Positions 8,588 through 18,947 of a stretch of 64,000 nt of DNA are shown here, in pieces. The stretch comes from an uncultured Chloroflexia bacterium (lineage in GTDB: Bacteria; Chloroflexota; Chloroflexia; QHBQ01; JADMIH01), in the NCBI GenBank assembly GCA_963797095.1, contig CAWCNY010000006.1:608001-672000 (forward strand), read 5' to 3'. Under the pieces are notes generated by a model that was given only the letters and a program-made list of their open reading frames with translations, searched no databases and was not told where the DNA came from. The position numbers were made by a program, and so were the translations under genes. Each line of letters starts with the position of its first letter. Positions within the stretch are counted from its first letter, which is position 1.

Positions 8588-11227
8588 ATGGACATGGACA
8601 CGCCCGGCGGGGTAGAGCGCCCCGTCCCGTATGATCTACAGGCAGAGGAGGCTGTTCTCGGCTCGCTCCTCCTCGACCGCGATGCCGTTATCAAGATAGC
8701 CCCGTTCCTGCGCCCCGAAGATTTCTATCGGGAGGCGCATGGTTGGGTCTATGGGGCGGTGCTCGACCTCTACGCGCGGCGCGAGCCGCCCGACCCCGTA
8801 ACCCTCTCCTCAGAGCTTGACAGGTCTGGTCGTCTTGAGCAGATTGGCGGCTACAGCTATCTCGTCAACCTGATCAACCGCACCCCCACGGCGGTGCACA
8901 TCGAGTATTACGCTCATATAGTCGAGCGCACGTCGGTGTTGCGCAGGCTTATTTCGGCGGGCGGTGAGATCGCGGCCCTCGGCTATTCGGAGGACAAAGA
9001 GACCGCCCAGGTGCTCGACAAGGCCGAGCAGATCCTCTTCTCAATTTCCCAGCGCACCACAACCAAAGACTTCGCTTCGATTGAGCAGGTACTCAACGAA
9101 TATTACGACCGCATCGAGGCAATCCAGCATTCGCCAGGCAGCGTAGTAGGAGTGCCATCCGGCTTCCATGATCTGGATGAGGCAACGGGTGGGCTGCAAA
9201 AAAGCGATCTGATCATCATGGCCGCGCGTCCTGGCGTGGGAAAAACCTCCCTCTCTCTAGGCATAGCCCACAACGCCGCCGCGCTTGGCACTCGAGTGGG
9301 TGTCTTCTCGCTCGAAATGAGCAGGGAGCAACTTGTACAACGACTGCTCGCCGTGGAGACGGGCGTGGACAGCCAGCGCCTGCGGCTCGGCTACCTTAAT
9401 GACGAGGAATGGCAGTTAATATCTGACGCGATTGGCCGTATGGCCCAGATGCCCATCTTTATCGACGATAGCGCGGGCCTCACCATACACGAGATCAGGT
9501 CGAAGTCGCGCAGGTTGGAGGCCGAAGTAGGCGTTGACCTTCTTGTGATCGATTATCTCCAGTTGATGCAGGGTAGTGCGCGCCGCGACTCCAACCGCGT
9601 TCAAGAGGTGTCCGAGATCAGCCGTGGCTTGAAGGTGCTTGCCCGCGAACTCAACATCCCCATTATCGCGTGCGCCCAGTTGTCCCGCGCTGTAGAGAGC
9701 CGCACCAACCACGTCCCCATGCTGTCAGACCTCCGCGAATCGGGCTGTCTTACGGGCGACTCCCCCATCTACTTGCCCGACGAAGGTATGTATCGACCTA
9801 TCAGCGAGTTGGCAGGCAAGCGTGGTTTCAAGGTGCTAGCTCTCAACGCGCACAACTGGCGCATGGAATCTGCTACTGTCACTAATGCTTTCCCCACGGG
9901 CCGCAAGCCTATCTTCAAGCTCACTACTCGCCTGGGCCGCACGATCCGCGCCACCGCCAACCATAAGTTCCTCACAATCCACGGCTGGCGTCGCCTGGAC
10001 GAGCTAGCTCTCGGCAGCAGGCTTGCCTTGCCCCGCCTGCTTCCTGGCCCTGCTCAGGCCACCATGAGCAACGACGAATTGGCTCTGCTCGGCCACCTCA
10101 TTGGCGATGGCTGTACCCTGGCGCATAGTCCCGTCCACTACACAACCAACGACATCACCCTAGCCGAAACTGTGGCTCAACTGGCAACGTCTGTATTCGG
10201 CTCTGCTGTCAATCCGCGCATCCAGCGTGAGCTTGATTGGTATCAAGTCTACCTCTCCGCTTCATATCACCTGACGCACGGCAAGCGTAATCCTGTGGCT
10301 ATGTGGCTCAATGACCTGGGCATCTTCGACCTTCGCTCCTACCAGAAGTTTGTGCCCGATAAAGTATTCGCTCAACCGCGTGAGAGTTTAGCCCACTTCT
10401 TGAAACATCTGTGGTCCACTGACGGCTGTATCCATATGACCAGGGGCAAGCGCCATTACCCCACAATCTACTATGCCACCAGTAGCCCGCGACTGGCCCG
10501 CAACGTGCAATCTCTACTGCTAAGGCTTGGTATAAATGCCACTCTCCGTCAGGTGTCGCAAGGCAGCAAGGATCGCGACCAGTATCACGTTGCCATAGAC
10601 GGCAAGCTCGACGTGGAGAGCTTCCTTTATGAAGTCGGTGCGCTCGGTCGAAGCAAGCAAGATCACAGGCTCGCCATTCTCGACTATCTGATCGAGAAAG
10701 CCGTCAACACGAACCGCGATGTGCTCCCGCGTGAAATCTGGCGCATGATCGCTGTTCCAGCCATGCAAACCGTTGGCCTCACATCAAGGCAGATGCAGGC
10801 CGCCCTCGGCAATGCCTACTCCGGCACCGGCCTCTATAAGCAAAATGTCAGCCGTCAGCGCGCCTACAGACTCGCAGTCGTGCTCAAATCCGAAGAGCTT
10901 CCCCAAGTCGCTTCCAGCGACGTCTATTGGGATGAAATAGCCTCGATCCAGCCTGATGGTGAGGAAGAAGTGTACGACCTCACCGTCGAAGGCCACCACA
11001 ACTTTGTAGCCGCCGATATCACTGTCCACAACTCCATAGAGCAAGATGCCGACATAGTGATGTTCATCCACCGCGAGGAGATGTACAACCCCGACACTGA
11101 GAAGAAGGGTATCGCCGAGCTACACATCGCCAAGCACCGCAACGGCCCCTTGACGACCATACCTCTGCGCTTCTTCAACCGCACAACCAAGTTCGCCGAC
11201 CTGGAAGTCTACCGCCAGGAAGAGTGA
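8588..11227 (+). CDS. dnaB: Replicative DNA helicase DnaB (intein-containing)
   Basis: AARPGVGKT, IDYLQLM, SDLRESG|intein|SIEQDAD, KHRNGP. Confidence 0.97.
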   Translation: MDMDTPGGVERPVPYDLQAEEAVLGSLLLDRDAVIKIAPFLRPEDFYREAHGWVYGAVLDLYARREPPDPVTLSSELDRSGRLEQIGGYSYLVNLINRTPTAVHIEYYAHIVERTSVLRRLISAGGEIAALGYSEDKETAQVLDKAEQILFSISQRTTTKDFASIEQVLNEYYDRIEAIQHSPGSVVGVPSGFHDLDEATGGLQKSDLIIMAARPGVGKTSLSLGIAHNAAALGTRVGVFSLEMSREQLVQRLLAVETGVDSQRLRLGYLNDEEWQLISDAIGRMAQMPIFIDDSAGLTIHEIRSKSRRLEAEVGVDLLVIDYLQLMQGSARRDSNRVQEVSEISRGLKVLARELNIPIIACAQLSRAVESRTNHVPMLSDLRESGCLTGDSPIYLPDEGMYRPISELAGKRGFKVLALNAHNWRMESATVTNAFPTGRKPIFKLTTRLGRTIRATANHKFLTIHGWRRLDELALGSRLALPRLLPGPAQATMSNDELALLGHLIGDGCTLAHSPVHYTTNDITLAETVAQLATSVFGSAVNPRIQRELDWYQVYLSASYHLTHGKRNPVAMWLNDLGIFDLRSYQKFVPDKVFAQPRESLAHFLKHLWSTDGCIHMTRGKRHYPTIYYATSSPRLARNVQSLLLRLGINATLRQVSQGSKDRDQYHVAIDGKLDVESFLYEVGALGRSKQDHRLAILDYLIEKAVNTNRDVLPREIWRMIAVPAMQTVGLTSRQMQAALGNAYSGTGLYKQNVSRQRAYRLAVVLKSEELPQVASSDVYWDEIASIQPDGEEEVYDLTVEGHHNFVAADITVHNSIEQDADIVMFIHREEMYNPDTEKKGIAELHIAKHRNGPLTTIPLRFFNRTTKFADLEVYRQEE
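9746..11032 (+). mobile_element. 429-aa intein with LAGLIDADG homing endonuclease
   Basis: Starts CLTGDS, block B TANHKF, endonuclease blocks LLGHLIGDG and FLKHLWSTDG, ends VYDLTV...VHN followed by Ser. Confidence 0.95.
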
Positions 11228-11297
11228 CCAACCGAAAGTCGAACCAGAAACCAGAAACCGGGAACTAGGAACTGTAATCCGACTACCGACCACCGAA

Positions 11298-12167
11298 ATG
11301 ACCAAACCATTCACAGGCTTCTCCAGCGACAGACAAAAGACCATCCGCGTGCCGGAGGGGTTCTTCGAAGATCTCTTGCCTCAGATCACGTCCGTGCTGG
11401 AGATGAAAGTCACCCTCTACCTCTTCTGGCGGCTTGCCAGGGGCGGGGCTGGCAGCGCAGCGCCCCGGATGGTCAGCCTGAGCGAACTCGAAGGCGATGA
11501 CAAGCTCAAGACGGCTCTATCACAGGGCAAAGGGCTGCGTCGCTTTGAGGAGGCGCTACGCGAAGGACTTGAACTGGCGGTTGGGAGAGGCACCCTGCTG
11601 CAGTTGCGTATCTCGGTCGCTCATCAGACACTTGCACTGCAGAACGGTCACTCGGAGAAGGCCAACGGCAATGGCAACGGCAATGGCAAACATGTTGAAG
11701 ATCCGGACCTGATGGAATACTGGTTCCTCCTGAACACCCGCGACAACAAAACCTGGATAGAAACGCTGGCCAACGGCGAAGTAGACATAGTACAAACGCC
11801 TCTGATCAGCTCTTACATGGACCTGCAGGATCAATCCGAGATCCGAAATCTAAAATCCAAAATCCTCATTGAGCGGCCCAACATCTACGTGCTTTATGAG
11901 CAAAACATCGGCCTCCTAACGCCGATCATGGCCGAGAAACTTCAGGATGCTGAGGGCCGCTACCCGAGAGAGTGGATCGAGGCGGCGTTCGAGGAAGCAG
12001 TGCTGAACAACAAGCGCAACTGGCGATATATAGAGCGAATACTTGAAAGATGGACTGCGGAGGGAAGGCAGAGTGGAAAAGATAGGCGATCTGTTGAGCA
12101 ATCTCTCGATCCCGACAAATATACAAAGGGGAAGTACGCCTTCCTCTTCCGACCCGAAGGACGTTAG
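11298..12167 (+). CDS. DnaD-domain replication protein
   Basis: C-terminal YEQNIGLLTP...WIEAAFEEAV.NNKRNWRYIERILERW. Confidence 0.85.
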   Translation: MTKPFTGFSSDRQKTIRVPEGFFEDLLPQITSVLEMKVTLYLFWRLARGGAGSAAPRMVSLSELEGDDKLKTALSQGKGLRRFEEALREGLELAVGRGTLLQLRISVAHQTLALQNGHSEKANGNGNGNGKHVEDPDLMEYWFLLNTRDNKTWIETLANGEVDIVQTPLISSYMDLQDQSEIRNLKSKILIERPNIYVLYEQNIGLLTPIMAEKLQDAEGRYPREWIEAAFEEAVLNNKRNWRYIERILERWTAEGRQSGKDRRSVEQSLDPDKYTKGKYAFLFRPEGR

Positions 12168-13104
12168 TGCTCCGAGCGCGCAACCTGCCGGCAGCGAAGG
12201 CGCTACTATAGAAGGTGTCGGCGACCAACGAGCAGCGGCCTCATCCGGAGCGAGCAATGCTCAAAACCCGAATCCGGTCGTGAGCAATATTCAGCATTCC
12301 GCCGCGTTCCAAGTGCCGCAACCTCCAGAGCCTTGTCCTTACTGCAAAGGTGCTGGCTGGCTCAGAATGAACGCGCCGGTGGGCGATCCCCGCTTTGGGA
12401 AGCTCTACCCCTGCGTATGCAGAACCCAGGCCACCGAAGAACGCAACCTCGAGGACCTCTATCGCCTGAGCAACCTCGATGCGTTCCAGACAAAGGTGTT
12501 CGCCAACTTCGACCCTGAGATCCCCGGCGCTACCGAGGCATATTACGCTGCCGCCGATTTCGCCACCCAACCCGAAGGTTGGCTCCTCCTGCTGGGCGGC
12601 TACGGCACCGGCAAAACCCACCTTGCCGCCTCCATCGCCAACTACGTGGTGCAGGACCATCACATGCAGGTCTATTTCGCGGTAGCGCCCGACCTCCTGC
12701 ACTATCTGCGCTCGGCCTATGCCCCCGACAGCGACACCACTTACGATGAGCGGTTCGAGCAGATACGCTCGGTCTATCTGCTGATCATTGACGACCTGGG
12801 AGCCGAGCAATCCACCCCCTGGGCGGTCGAAAAGCTCTACCAGATATTCAACTACAGGTATAACCTGCGCTTGCCCACCGTCGTCACGTCCAACTGCGAC
12901 CTCGACAGGTTGGACCCGCGCATCTGCTCGCGCCTGTGCGACCCCGATCTATGCAGGCACGTCTTCATGACCTCCAGCGACTACAGGATGCGCCGCATGG
13001 ACCCGCGCTTTGTAGGCAGAGGCCAGGCAGCATCGCCGGGTAGCCCGGAAGGGGCCAGAAATGCAAGAAAAACAGGATACAACAAAGGACCGGGCACTCG
13101 TTAG
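12073..13104 (+). CDS. DnaC/DnaI/IstB-like AAA+ helicase loader
   Basis: Zn motif CPYC...CVC, Walker A GGYGTGKT, Walker B LLIIDDLG, TSN; probable GTG start overlapping the DnaD gene. Confidence 0.85.
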   Translation: MEKIGDLLSNLSIPTNIQRGSTPSSSDPKDVSAPSAQPAGSEGATIEGVGDQRAAASSGASNAQNPNPVVSNIQHSAAFQVPQPPEPCPYCKGAGWLRMNAPVGDPRFGKLYPCVCRTQATEERNLEDLYRLSNLDAFQTKVFANFDPEIPGATEAYYAAADFATQPEGWLLLLGGYGTGKTHLAASIANYVVQDHHMQVYFAVAPDLLHYLRSAYAPDSDTTYDERFEQIRSVYLLIIDDLGAEQSTPWAVEKLYQIFNYRYNLRLPTVVTSNCDLDRLDPRICSRLCDPDLCRHVFMTSSDYRMRRMDPRFVGRGQAASPGSPEGARNARKTGYNKGPGTR

Positions 13105-13131
13105 CGCCGGCCCTGTGTTATGATCCATCCT

Positions 13132-16100
13132 TTACTTCTTGCTGCGTGCTCCGCGCCCGCCTGCCACACCTGACACCGCTTTCTTGGCCTCGCTCTGCTT
13201 GGGTGGTGGGGGCGTGCCCAGCCCGCCTGAGTTGAGGCCGGCAGTTATACCGCCATCTTTCTCGCGGGCCATGCGCTCCATCTCACTCTTCATCACTGAG
13301 AGGCGGTCATTGTCAGGGTCGAGCCTGAGCAAACGCCCATAAAGGCGAGCGGCTTGCCCGTATTCTCCCAGGGCCGTCAGTTGCTTGGCGAGACTGTAGT
13401 GGCCGGGCACATCCTGGGGCGCTAGGGCCAGTAGCTGGTGCAGCGCGGCAATGGCCTCTTCGGTACGGCCTTCATGGATGAACAGTTCGGCCAACGAGCG
13501 CTCTCCCTCCACTGCCTCCTTGAGCATACCGCTTTGCACATACATATTGAGCAGGTGCTGGCGGGCGTCCACGTCGCGCGGGGCGATGCGCACTATTCGC
13601 TCGTAGATCCCTATAGCCTGGTCGTGCTGCCCCATTGTGTAGTGCAGGTCGGCGGCCTTGCGATAGGTTCTGATAGCGTCCTTAAGCAGCCCAGCCTTCA
13701 ACTGTAGCTCGGCCAGCGTATTAAGCTCTCGCAACCCGTATTCGGTCATACCTAGCTTGAGATACATATCGCTCAACTTGCGGCGCACAGCCACGTTGTT
13801 CGGGGCCAGCTTGGACATATGGCCCAGCGTTTCCAGCGTCCGCTCGTTGTCGTTGTTCTTCTGGAAGAGCACCAGCAGGTCGTTCAGTTCGGCCAGTGCC
13901 TGGTTTAGCTGCCCCTGCCTGAAGTAAATATCGGCCAGGCGGGTGTAAACTGAGTAGTCGTTGGGCATGATCTGCTTGAGAGCTTGCAAAGCGCCCATCG
14001 CGCCGTCCCAGTTGTTCTGCGAGGCATTGGCCTCGGCCAGCGAGTAGTAAAGCTGGATAGGCTCCGATACCTGCGCGAACGCATACTGCGGCCTCGGAGA
14101 TTGGATCGTGAGGTCGCCGCTCTTCTGCGCAACATCATCCAGCCCGCCGTGAGTCTTGAGAATCTCCAGCACCCGGTTGTAATGCAGCGCCGCCACAGCC
14201 CCGCCACCCAGGTCCTTGCCGGTGCTCTTTCCCATGAGAGCCAGGTCGCCACGATACTGGCGCATCAGGATCTCAAGCAGAAGCCACGTCTTGTCGATGT
14301 CGCGCGTCTCGGCTGTAGCCAGCAACACCAGGCCCTGGTCCAGCGCGTCGGCTGCTATCTCCATAAGATCAGAGCGCCCAGCCAGCACCGCCAATCCATA
14401 ATAGATCGCGGGGTGAGGTTTCCTGAACCCTTCCGGCTTGAGCGCCATATTCAACTCTTCGAGGAAGAGGCGGTTAGTGCTCTTACGCTTGCTTGCGCGC
14501 TCCAGGATGCTCTGGAGCGCATCCCATGACGTGATCTCGTTGACCCCGGCGAGCGTCACATAGAGGCGGGCCAGCGCCAGGTCGTTGCCTGGGTCAAGAT
14601 GCAGGGCGCGGCTTAGTTCCAGCAGGGCATCGCTCGACTTGCCAAGCACGCTCAGATATGTGCCCATAGCGAGGGCCACTTCCGACGAGTTGGGCAATTT
14701 GGCCTTAAGCCCCTCGGCCTCTTCCAGGGCGCGCTCGACGTTGCCGTTACTGTAGTGCTTCTCGGCCACTCCCAGCAGCGCTTTGGCGGCCTCGTCCACC
14801 TTGCCCGCATCCAGCAAAAGTACCCCCAGTCTGCTCAGGAGCATCGGATTACCGGGGTCGATTTGCAGCAGCCTGCGACAGACTTCCGCTGCGTTTTCAG
14901 GATCGTTGCGCGCCACATACGTATCCATCACCGTCGTATATTTGGTAATGGCCTCTTCGACGCGACCGAGTTGCAGGTAAATATCGCCCAACATGATGTG
15001 GACGGGGAGATAGCCGGGATCGGCGCTCAGTACCGCCATACAGGAGTTGATGGCGACATCCCACTTGCCCTCGGCCATGGCCTGCTCGCCTTCCGCAATC
15101 AGCCTCTGCGCTCCCAGGGCACCTGTGCCGCCTTCGGAGAGACCGCCCGAGGGCATAAGCTGGCTATCGAGTGGGCTGCGTGCCAGGTAGTGGGTGCCTG
15201 GTACCACTTTGCGAGAGCTATCCTTCTTTGCTTCCTCGGCGGGTAGTGCCACCGTACCGGGCACCACCAGTTGGGCTGTTCCGTCCTCAGCCGTTTCTTC
15301 CACATCGCCGTGCTTAATGGGGCCGCTGGCGTTCAACTGGTCGCTGTTGCCCGTGCCCGTTACCGATGCTGCGCGCAAATATTCGGTGATCGAGCGGAGA
15401 GCGCCACCTGCTGTTCTCATCAGCGAGGTCGGCTTATCCTCCCGCACGGCGGCCTGAAGTCCCTCCGTCCCTCCCTCGATTATGGATGTGCCGCCTTCCT
15501 CGCTCAGCGGCCCGCCATGCCCCAGGTCTAGACGTGTAGCATCTTCGCCTACAGGAGCCACATCTGTAATATCGGGCAGGTGGCTCGGATCGAGCCAGTT
15601 GCTGCCGCCCTTGCTGATACCCATCAGCTTGCTCTGAATACTCTTGTTGTACAGGTCCTGGGCGCGTCTCTCTAACTCAGGTATCTGTGGGTGGTTGAAT
15701 TTCCGTGCTTTGAACAGGCTTACCAGGTTGCTGTACAGAGATGATGCCCTTCCCGGGTTGTGGTCGGCGATATGCGCGTCGGCGGTAGCCATGTAAAGCT
15801 CTATTAGCTCATCGGCTTCCGCCCGACCGATCTGTTCGAAGTCGATCATTCCGAGGGCGCGCTCGAAAGCGGTGGCTGCTTTGGCATAGGCGCGCTGGGC
15901 AGAATAGCACTGGCCCAGTACGTAGTTAGCCGACATCGCGAACTCGGGGTCCTGAAGGGCGCGTTCCAGCATGGGGATGGCGAGGTCGGGCCTGCCCATC
16001 TGCTGGTGGAGCAGTCCGGCGCTGTAGAACACCGCTCCGCGCTTGGCTCCAGCGCGTACTGCCCCATCGTAGAATTCGAGGGCGGCTCGGAAATCGCCCC

Positions 16101-16839
16101 TGGTTTGGGCTTCTGTGGCCTGCTCAACCAGGGCTAACGCCTCAGGTGGGTCTTCCTGCGCCTGGATCAGCCCTGTGCCTGGGGCAACCGACTGGCGCTG
16201 ACCGCCAAAATCGCTGCCGTCGAGAGTGACAGTGCCTGCGTTCTCGGCTATCTTTCGTTTGAGGTTGTATGCCCAGCGCCTGATCTCGGCGTTTTCGGGG
16301 TCGAGAGCAGACGCCGCTTCGGAATAACCCTGGGCCTCGGCCAGGTGGCCTTCTTCGAGGGCGATCTGCGACAGGGCCAGGTGCTCTGCTGCCTGGGCTT
16401 GCTTGTCGCCCACCTCCTGTGTGAGGTCGAGCAAGCGCACCCGCAATTCTTTATCTCTGGGGGTGGCTCTTGCCAGGTCCCGCAAGGCGCGAATTGCTTC
16501 GTGAAACTGGTTCTTTTGGGTGTAGAGGTCGGCCAGCCGCATGTAGGTGGCCCTGGCCTGGTCTGTGTTCCCTGTCGCGAGGTGGATCTCGGCGAGACGA
16601 TTCACCCCGAAGAGGTCGCCCGGGTCTTCATCGACGAGAGCCTCGTAGGCTTCGAGAGCCTGGGCCCAACGACGGAGACGAAACAGGCACTGTGCCATGT
16701 TCCGGCGAGCCGTCATATCGTCGGAGAACTCGGCGAGGGCGCGCCCATACTCTTTCATGGCGCGCTCCCACTGGTTAGCCCAGGCGTACTCGTGGGCGCG
16801 CTTCATTGCGGTGTCGAAAATTGCCTTATTGCCCGCCAT
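13132..16839 (-). CDS. Large multi-TPR protein (1235 aa)
   Basis: Many TPR-like helical repeats separated by a low-complexity linker. Confidence 0.8.
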   Translation of the reverse strand: MAGNKAIFDTAMKRAHEYAWANQWERAMKEYGRALAEFSDDMTARRNMAQCLFRLRRWAQALEAYEALVDEDPGDLFGVNRLAEIHLATGNTDQARATYMRLADLYTQKNQFHEAIRALRDLARATPRDKELRVRLLDLTQEVGDKQAQAAEHLALSQIALEEGHLAEAQGYSEAASALDPENAEIRRWAYNLKRKIAENAGTVTLDGSDFGGQRQSVAPGTGLIQAQEDPPEALALVEQATEAQTRGDFRAALEFYDGAVRAGAKRGAVFYSAGLLHQQMGRPDLAIPMLERALQDPEFAMSANYVLGQCYSAQRAYAKAATAFERALGMIDFEQIGRAEADELIELYMATADAHIADHNPGRASSLYSNLVSLFKARKFNHPQIPELERRAQDLYNKSIQSKLMGISKGGSNWLDPSHLPDITDVAPVGEDATRLDLGHGGPLSEEGGTSIIEGGTEGLQAAVREDKPTSLMRTAGGALRSITEYLRAASVTGTGNSDQLNASGPIKHGDVEETAEDGTAQLVVPGTVALPAEEAKKDSSRKVVPGTHYLARSPLDSQLMPSGGLSEGGTGALGAQRLIAEGEQAMAEGKWDVAINSCMAVLSADPGYLPVHIMLGDIYLQLGRVEEAITKYTTVMDTYVARNDPENAAEVCRRLLQIDPGNPMLLSRLGVLLLDAGKVDEAAKALLGVAEKHYSNGNVERALEEAEGLKAKLPNSSEVALAMGTYLSVLGKSSDALLELSRALHLDPGNDLALARLYVTLAGVNEITSWDALQSILERASKRKSTNRLFLEELNMALKPEGFRKPHPAIYYGLAVLAGRSDLMEIAADALDQGLVLLATAETRDIDKTWLLLEILMRQYRGDLALMGKSTGKDLGGGAVAALHYNRVLEILKTHGGLDDVAQKSGDLTIQSPRPQYAFAQVSEPIQLYYSLAEANASQNNWDGAMGALQALKQIMPNDYSVYTRLADIYFRQGQLNQALAELNDLLVLFQKNNDNERTLETLGHMSKLAPNNVAVRRKLSDMYLKLGMTEYGLRELNTLAELQLKAGLLKDAIRTYRKAADLHYTMGQHDQAIGIYERIVRIAPRDVDARQHLLNMYVQSGMLKEAVEGERSLAELFIHEGRTEEAIAALHQLLALAPQDVPGHYSLAKQLTALGEYGQAARLYGRLLRLDPDNDRLSVMKSEMERMAREKDGGITAGLNSGGLGTPPPPKQSEAKKAVSGVAGGRGARSKK

Positions 16840-17234
16840 AATGTAACCTCTAGGTGGTGCGGATTGTCGATTGGGGTATGCCTAACACCCGCTTGATAAT
16901 TTTGTGGTTAGAAGACGATTGAAGAGTGATTGTAAAGTTGCAATGGGCCATTATTTGCAAAGTTGCTATTTGCGCTGGGTTGCTGTCGCTCGAATTCATA
17001 CATAAAGAGAGGCAGGGAATCGGGTCTGCCGTATCGTGAGTATAGCACATAAAAAGGTCATAACCCCCAAATATGGGACAAAGGGGAGTGCCTGGTGGGA
17101 GAGAAGTACTGCCTGCGCTTGCTGAATTGGGTGCGGGAGATTAGAATGGGGGCGATCGGGCGAAGGGCGTAAAGAACCACGAGTAAAGGGTGGGGAGTAA
17201 AGGTGCCCCAATTTGACGTTTGCGGAATGAATAG

Positions 17235-18047
17235 ATGTCGCAGATCCAATACATATTTAACCAGATAACGGTCTCCACAGTGCTGGATGTGCTGGCGGTG
17301 GCGCTGATTTTCTACTGGCTGCTGGCGGTTGTGCAAGGCACGCGGGCTGTACAACTGGTGCGGGGGATCATAATATTGTGGCTGGCGTCGGCGCTGGTTT
17401 CGACCCTGTTTCAGCTATCGACATTGACATGGCTGATACGCAATTCGGGGGTGGCGCTGCTGGTGGCGATCCCGATCATATTCCAGCCGGAGCTAAGGCG
17501 GGCGCTGGAGCAGTTGGGGAGGACGGGGAACTGGCTTGGGCGTGGGCAGTTGGGGTCGTGGGGCGGGCGGAAGGTGCTGGAACGTGCTATCGAGGAAGTG
17601 TCTGCGGCGGCGGGATTGCTTGCGCGGCAGCAGCATGGGGCGCTGATAGTGCTGGAGCGGCAGACGGGGTTGCAGGACTATGCGGATAAGGGTGTGCAGT
17701 TGGACGCGGAAATATCGCGGCAGGTGCTGGCGAATATCTTCTATCCAAACTCACCACTGCATGATGGGGCGGTCATCATACGGAATGGGCGGATCGCAGC
17801 AGCAGGGGCGGTGCTGCCCCTGTCGGATAATGTGACGGGGCCGCAAAATTACGGGACGCGGCACCGGGCGGCAATCGGCATCTCAGAGTTTTCCGACGCG
17901 ATAGCGGTGGTGGTGAGCGAGGAGCGGGGGACCATATCGGTAGCGGCAAACGGTAGGTTGGTGGGTAATCTATCGAGCGAGCGGTTGCGCAAGCTGCTGT
18001 ACGAGCTATTTCACCTGAGAGACCCCGAAGCAAAAGACGGAACTTAA
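17235..18047 (+). CDS. cdaA: Diadenylate cyclase CdaA
   Basis: Three N-terminal TMs, FQPELRRALE, PLHDGA, GTRHRAA, VSEERG. Confidence 0.95.
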   Translation: MSQIQYIFNQITVSTVLDVLAVALIFYWLLAVVQGTRAVQLVRGIIILWLASALVSTLFQLSTLTWLIRNSGVALLVAIPIIFQPELRRALEQLGRTGNWLGRGQLGSWGGRKVLERAIEEVSAAAGLLARQQHGALIVLERQTGLQDYADKGVQLDAEISRQVLANIFYPNSPLHDGAVIIRNGRIAAAGAVLPLSDNVTGPQNYGTRHRAAIGISEFSDAIAVVVSEERGTISVAANGRLVGNLSSERLRKLLYELFHLRDPEAKDGT

Positions 18048-18080
18048 CAAAAAAACTACCCAAATGGCCCTAGCATTTGC

Positions 18081-18094
18081 AGAACTTATGTTCT
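18081..18094. promoter_or_regulatory. Putative LexA (SOS) box
   Basis: AGAAC-TTAT-GTTCT overlapping a TATGAT -10 candidate upstream of the sigma factor. Confidence 0.6.
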
Positions 18095-18119
18095 ATGATG
18101 GTGCTAGGAGGTAACCGAA

Positions 18120-18806
18120 TTGGGTGAGAAGATTGAACCAGAAAAGCCAGGTGATCTGGAGCTTGCCCTGGCAGCCCACGCAGGAGACGCCAACGCGCGA
18201 AACGCCCTCTACTTGAGGTACCGGTCGTTGATCGGCAAGCGCATCATACCCGCCAAGCGCCTGGCGCGAACCCTGGCAGAGCAAGGCTCACCAATTGGCC
18301 CCGATGATGTCGAGCAGGAGTCGTTCCTGATCTTCTGCCGCTTGCTTGAGGAGTGGAACCCTGAGACCGCGCCGTTCGCGCCCTTTCTCGCAGAGAAGAT
18401 TACGTACGCCGCTCACGATTATGTGCGTGAAGCGCAGCACCTGAGAAGCTCGCGCGTGCGATGGGCTCCTATAAAGGCCGACCCAGGCCTGCCCCTTAGC
18501 GTGAACTCGCACTGGGGTGCGCAGCACAAGGAAGGGGAAGCCACGGTATCTCCCCTGATAGGCAAACTCTATATGCTGGGGCCAGACGCCGCCGAAGTGG
18601 TCCTGAGCGCGGAGCAGTGGGAAGCCTTAGTCAGCCACTTGAGTGAGGACTGGGCGCGGCTCTTGCGCCTGCGCTTCTGGGAAGACAAGTCCAGCAAGCA
18701 GATCGCGCAAAGCGAAGGCTGCTCTCAGCGCACAGTAGACCGCACTATCAAGTCCGCGCTCGCCGATCTGCGCGAGATCGTCCAGGAAGAATGGGACATG
18801 CCCTGA
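18120..18806 (+). CDS. Alternative sigma-70 family factor (regions 2 and 4)
   Basis: DDVEQES...F..F...I region 2; LLRLRFWEDKSSKQIAQSEGCSQRTV HTH; TTG start after AGGAGG. Confidence 0.8.
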   Translation: MGEKIEPEKPGDLELALAAHAGDANARNALYLRYRSLIGKRIIPAKRLARTLAEQGSPIGPDDVEQESFLIFCRLLEEWNPETAPFAPFLAEKITYAAHDYVREAQHLRSSRVRWAPIKADPGLPLSVNSHWGAQHKEGEATVSPLIGKLYMLGPDAAEVVLSAEQWEALVSHLSEDWARLLRLRFWEDKSSKQIAQSEGCSQRTVDRTIKSALADLREIVQEEWDMP

Positions 18807-18947
18807 CAATGATGTGATCTCTCAGATCACCGGTAGGGCGTGAGGCACCCCCTGGTGGGCAATGTTGTCGCGTGAAAATACCAGCATAGAAATACCAATA
18901 GTACGATGTACCCCCTGTAAGTACCCGATGGAATGCCACCCAAGCCA

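Noticed and set aside
11298-13104. Prophage or IS21 element around the IstB-like ATPase
   Set aside because: No IstA, integrase or structural genes; the context is housekeeping
16850-17234. Riboswitch upstream of cdaA
   Set aside because: No recognisable aptamer consensus or terminator
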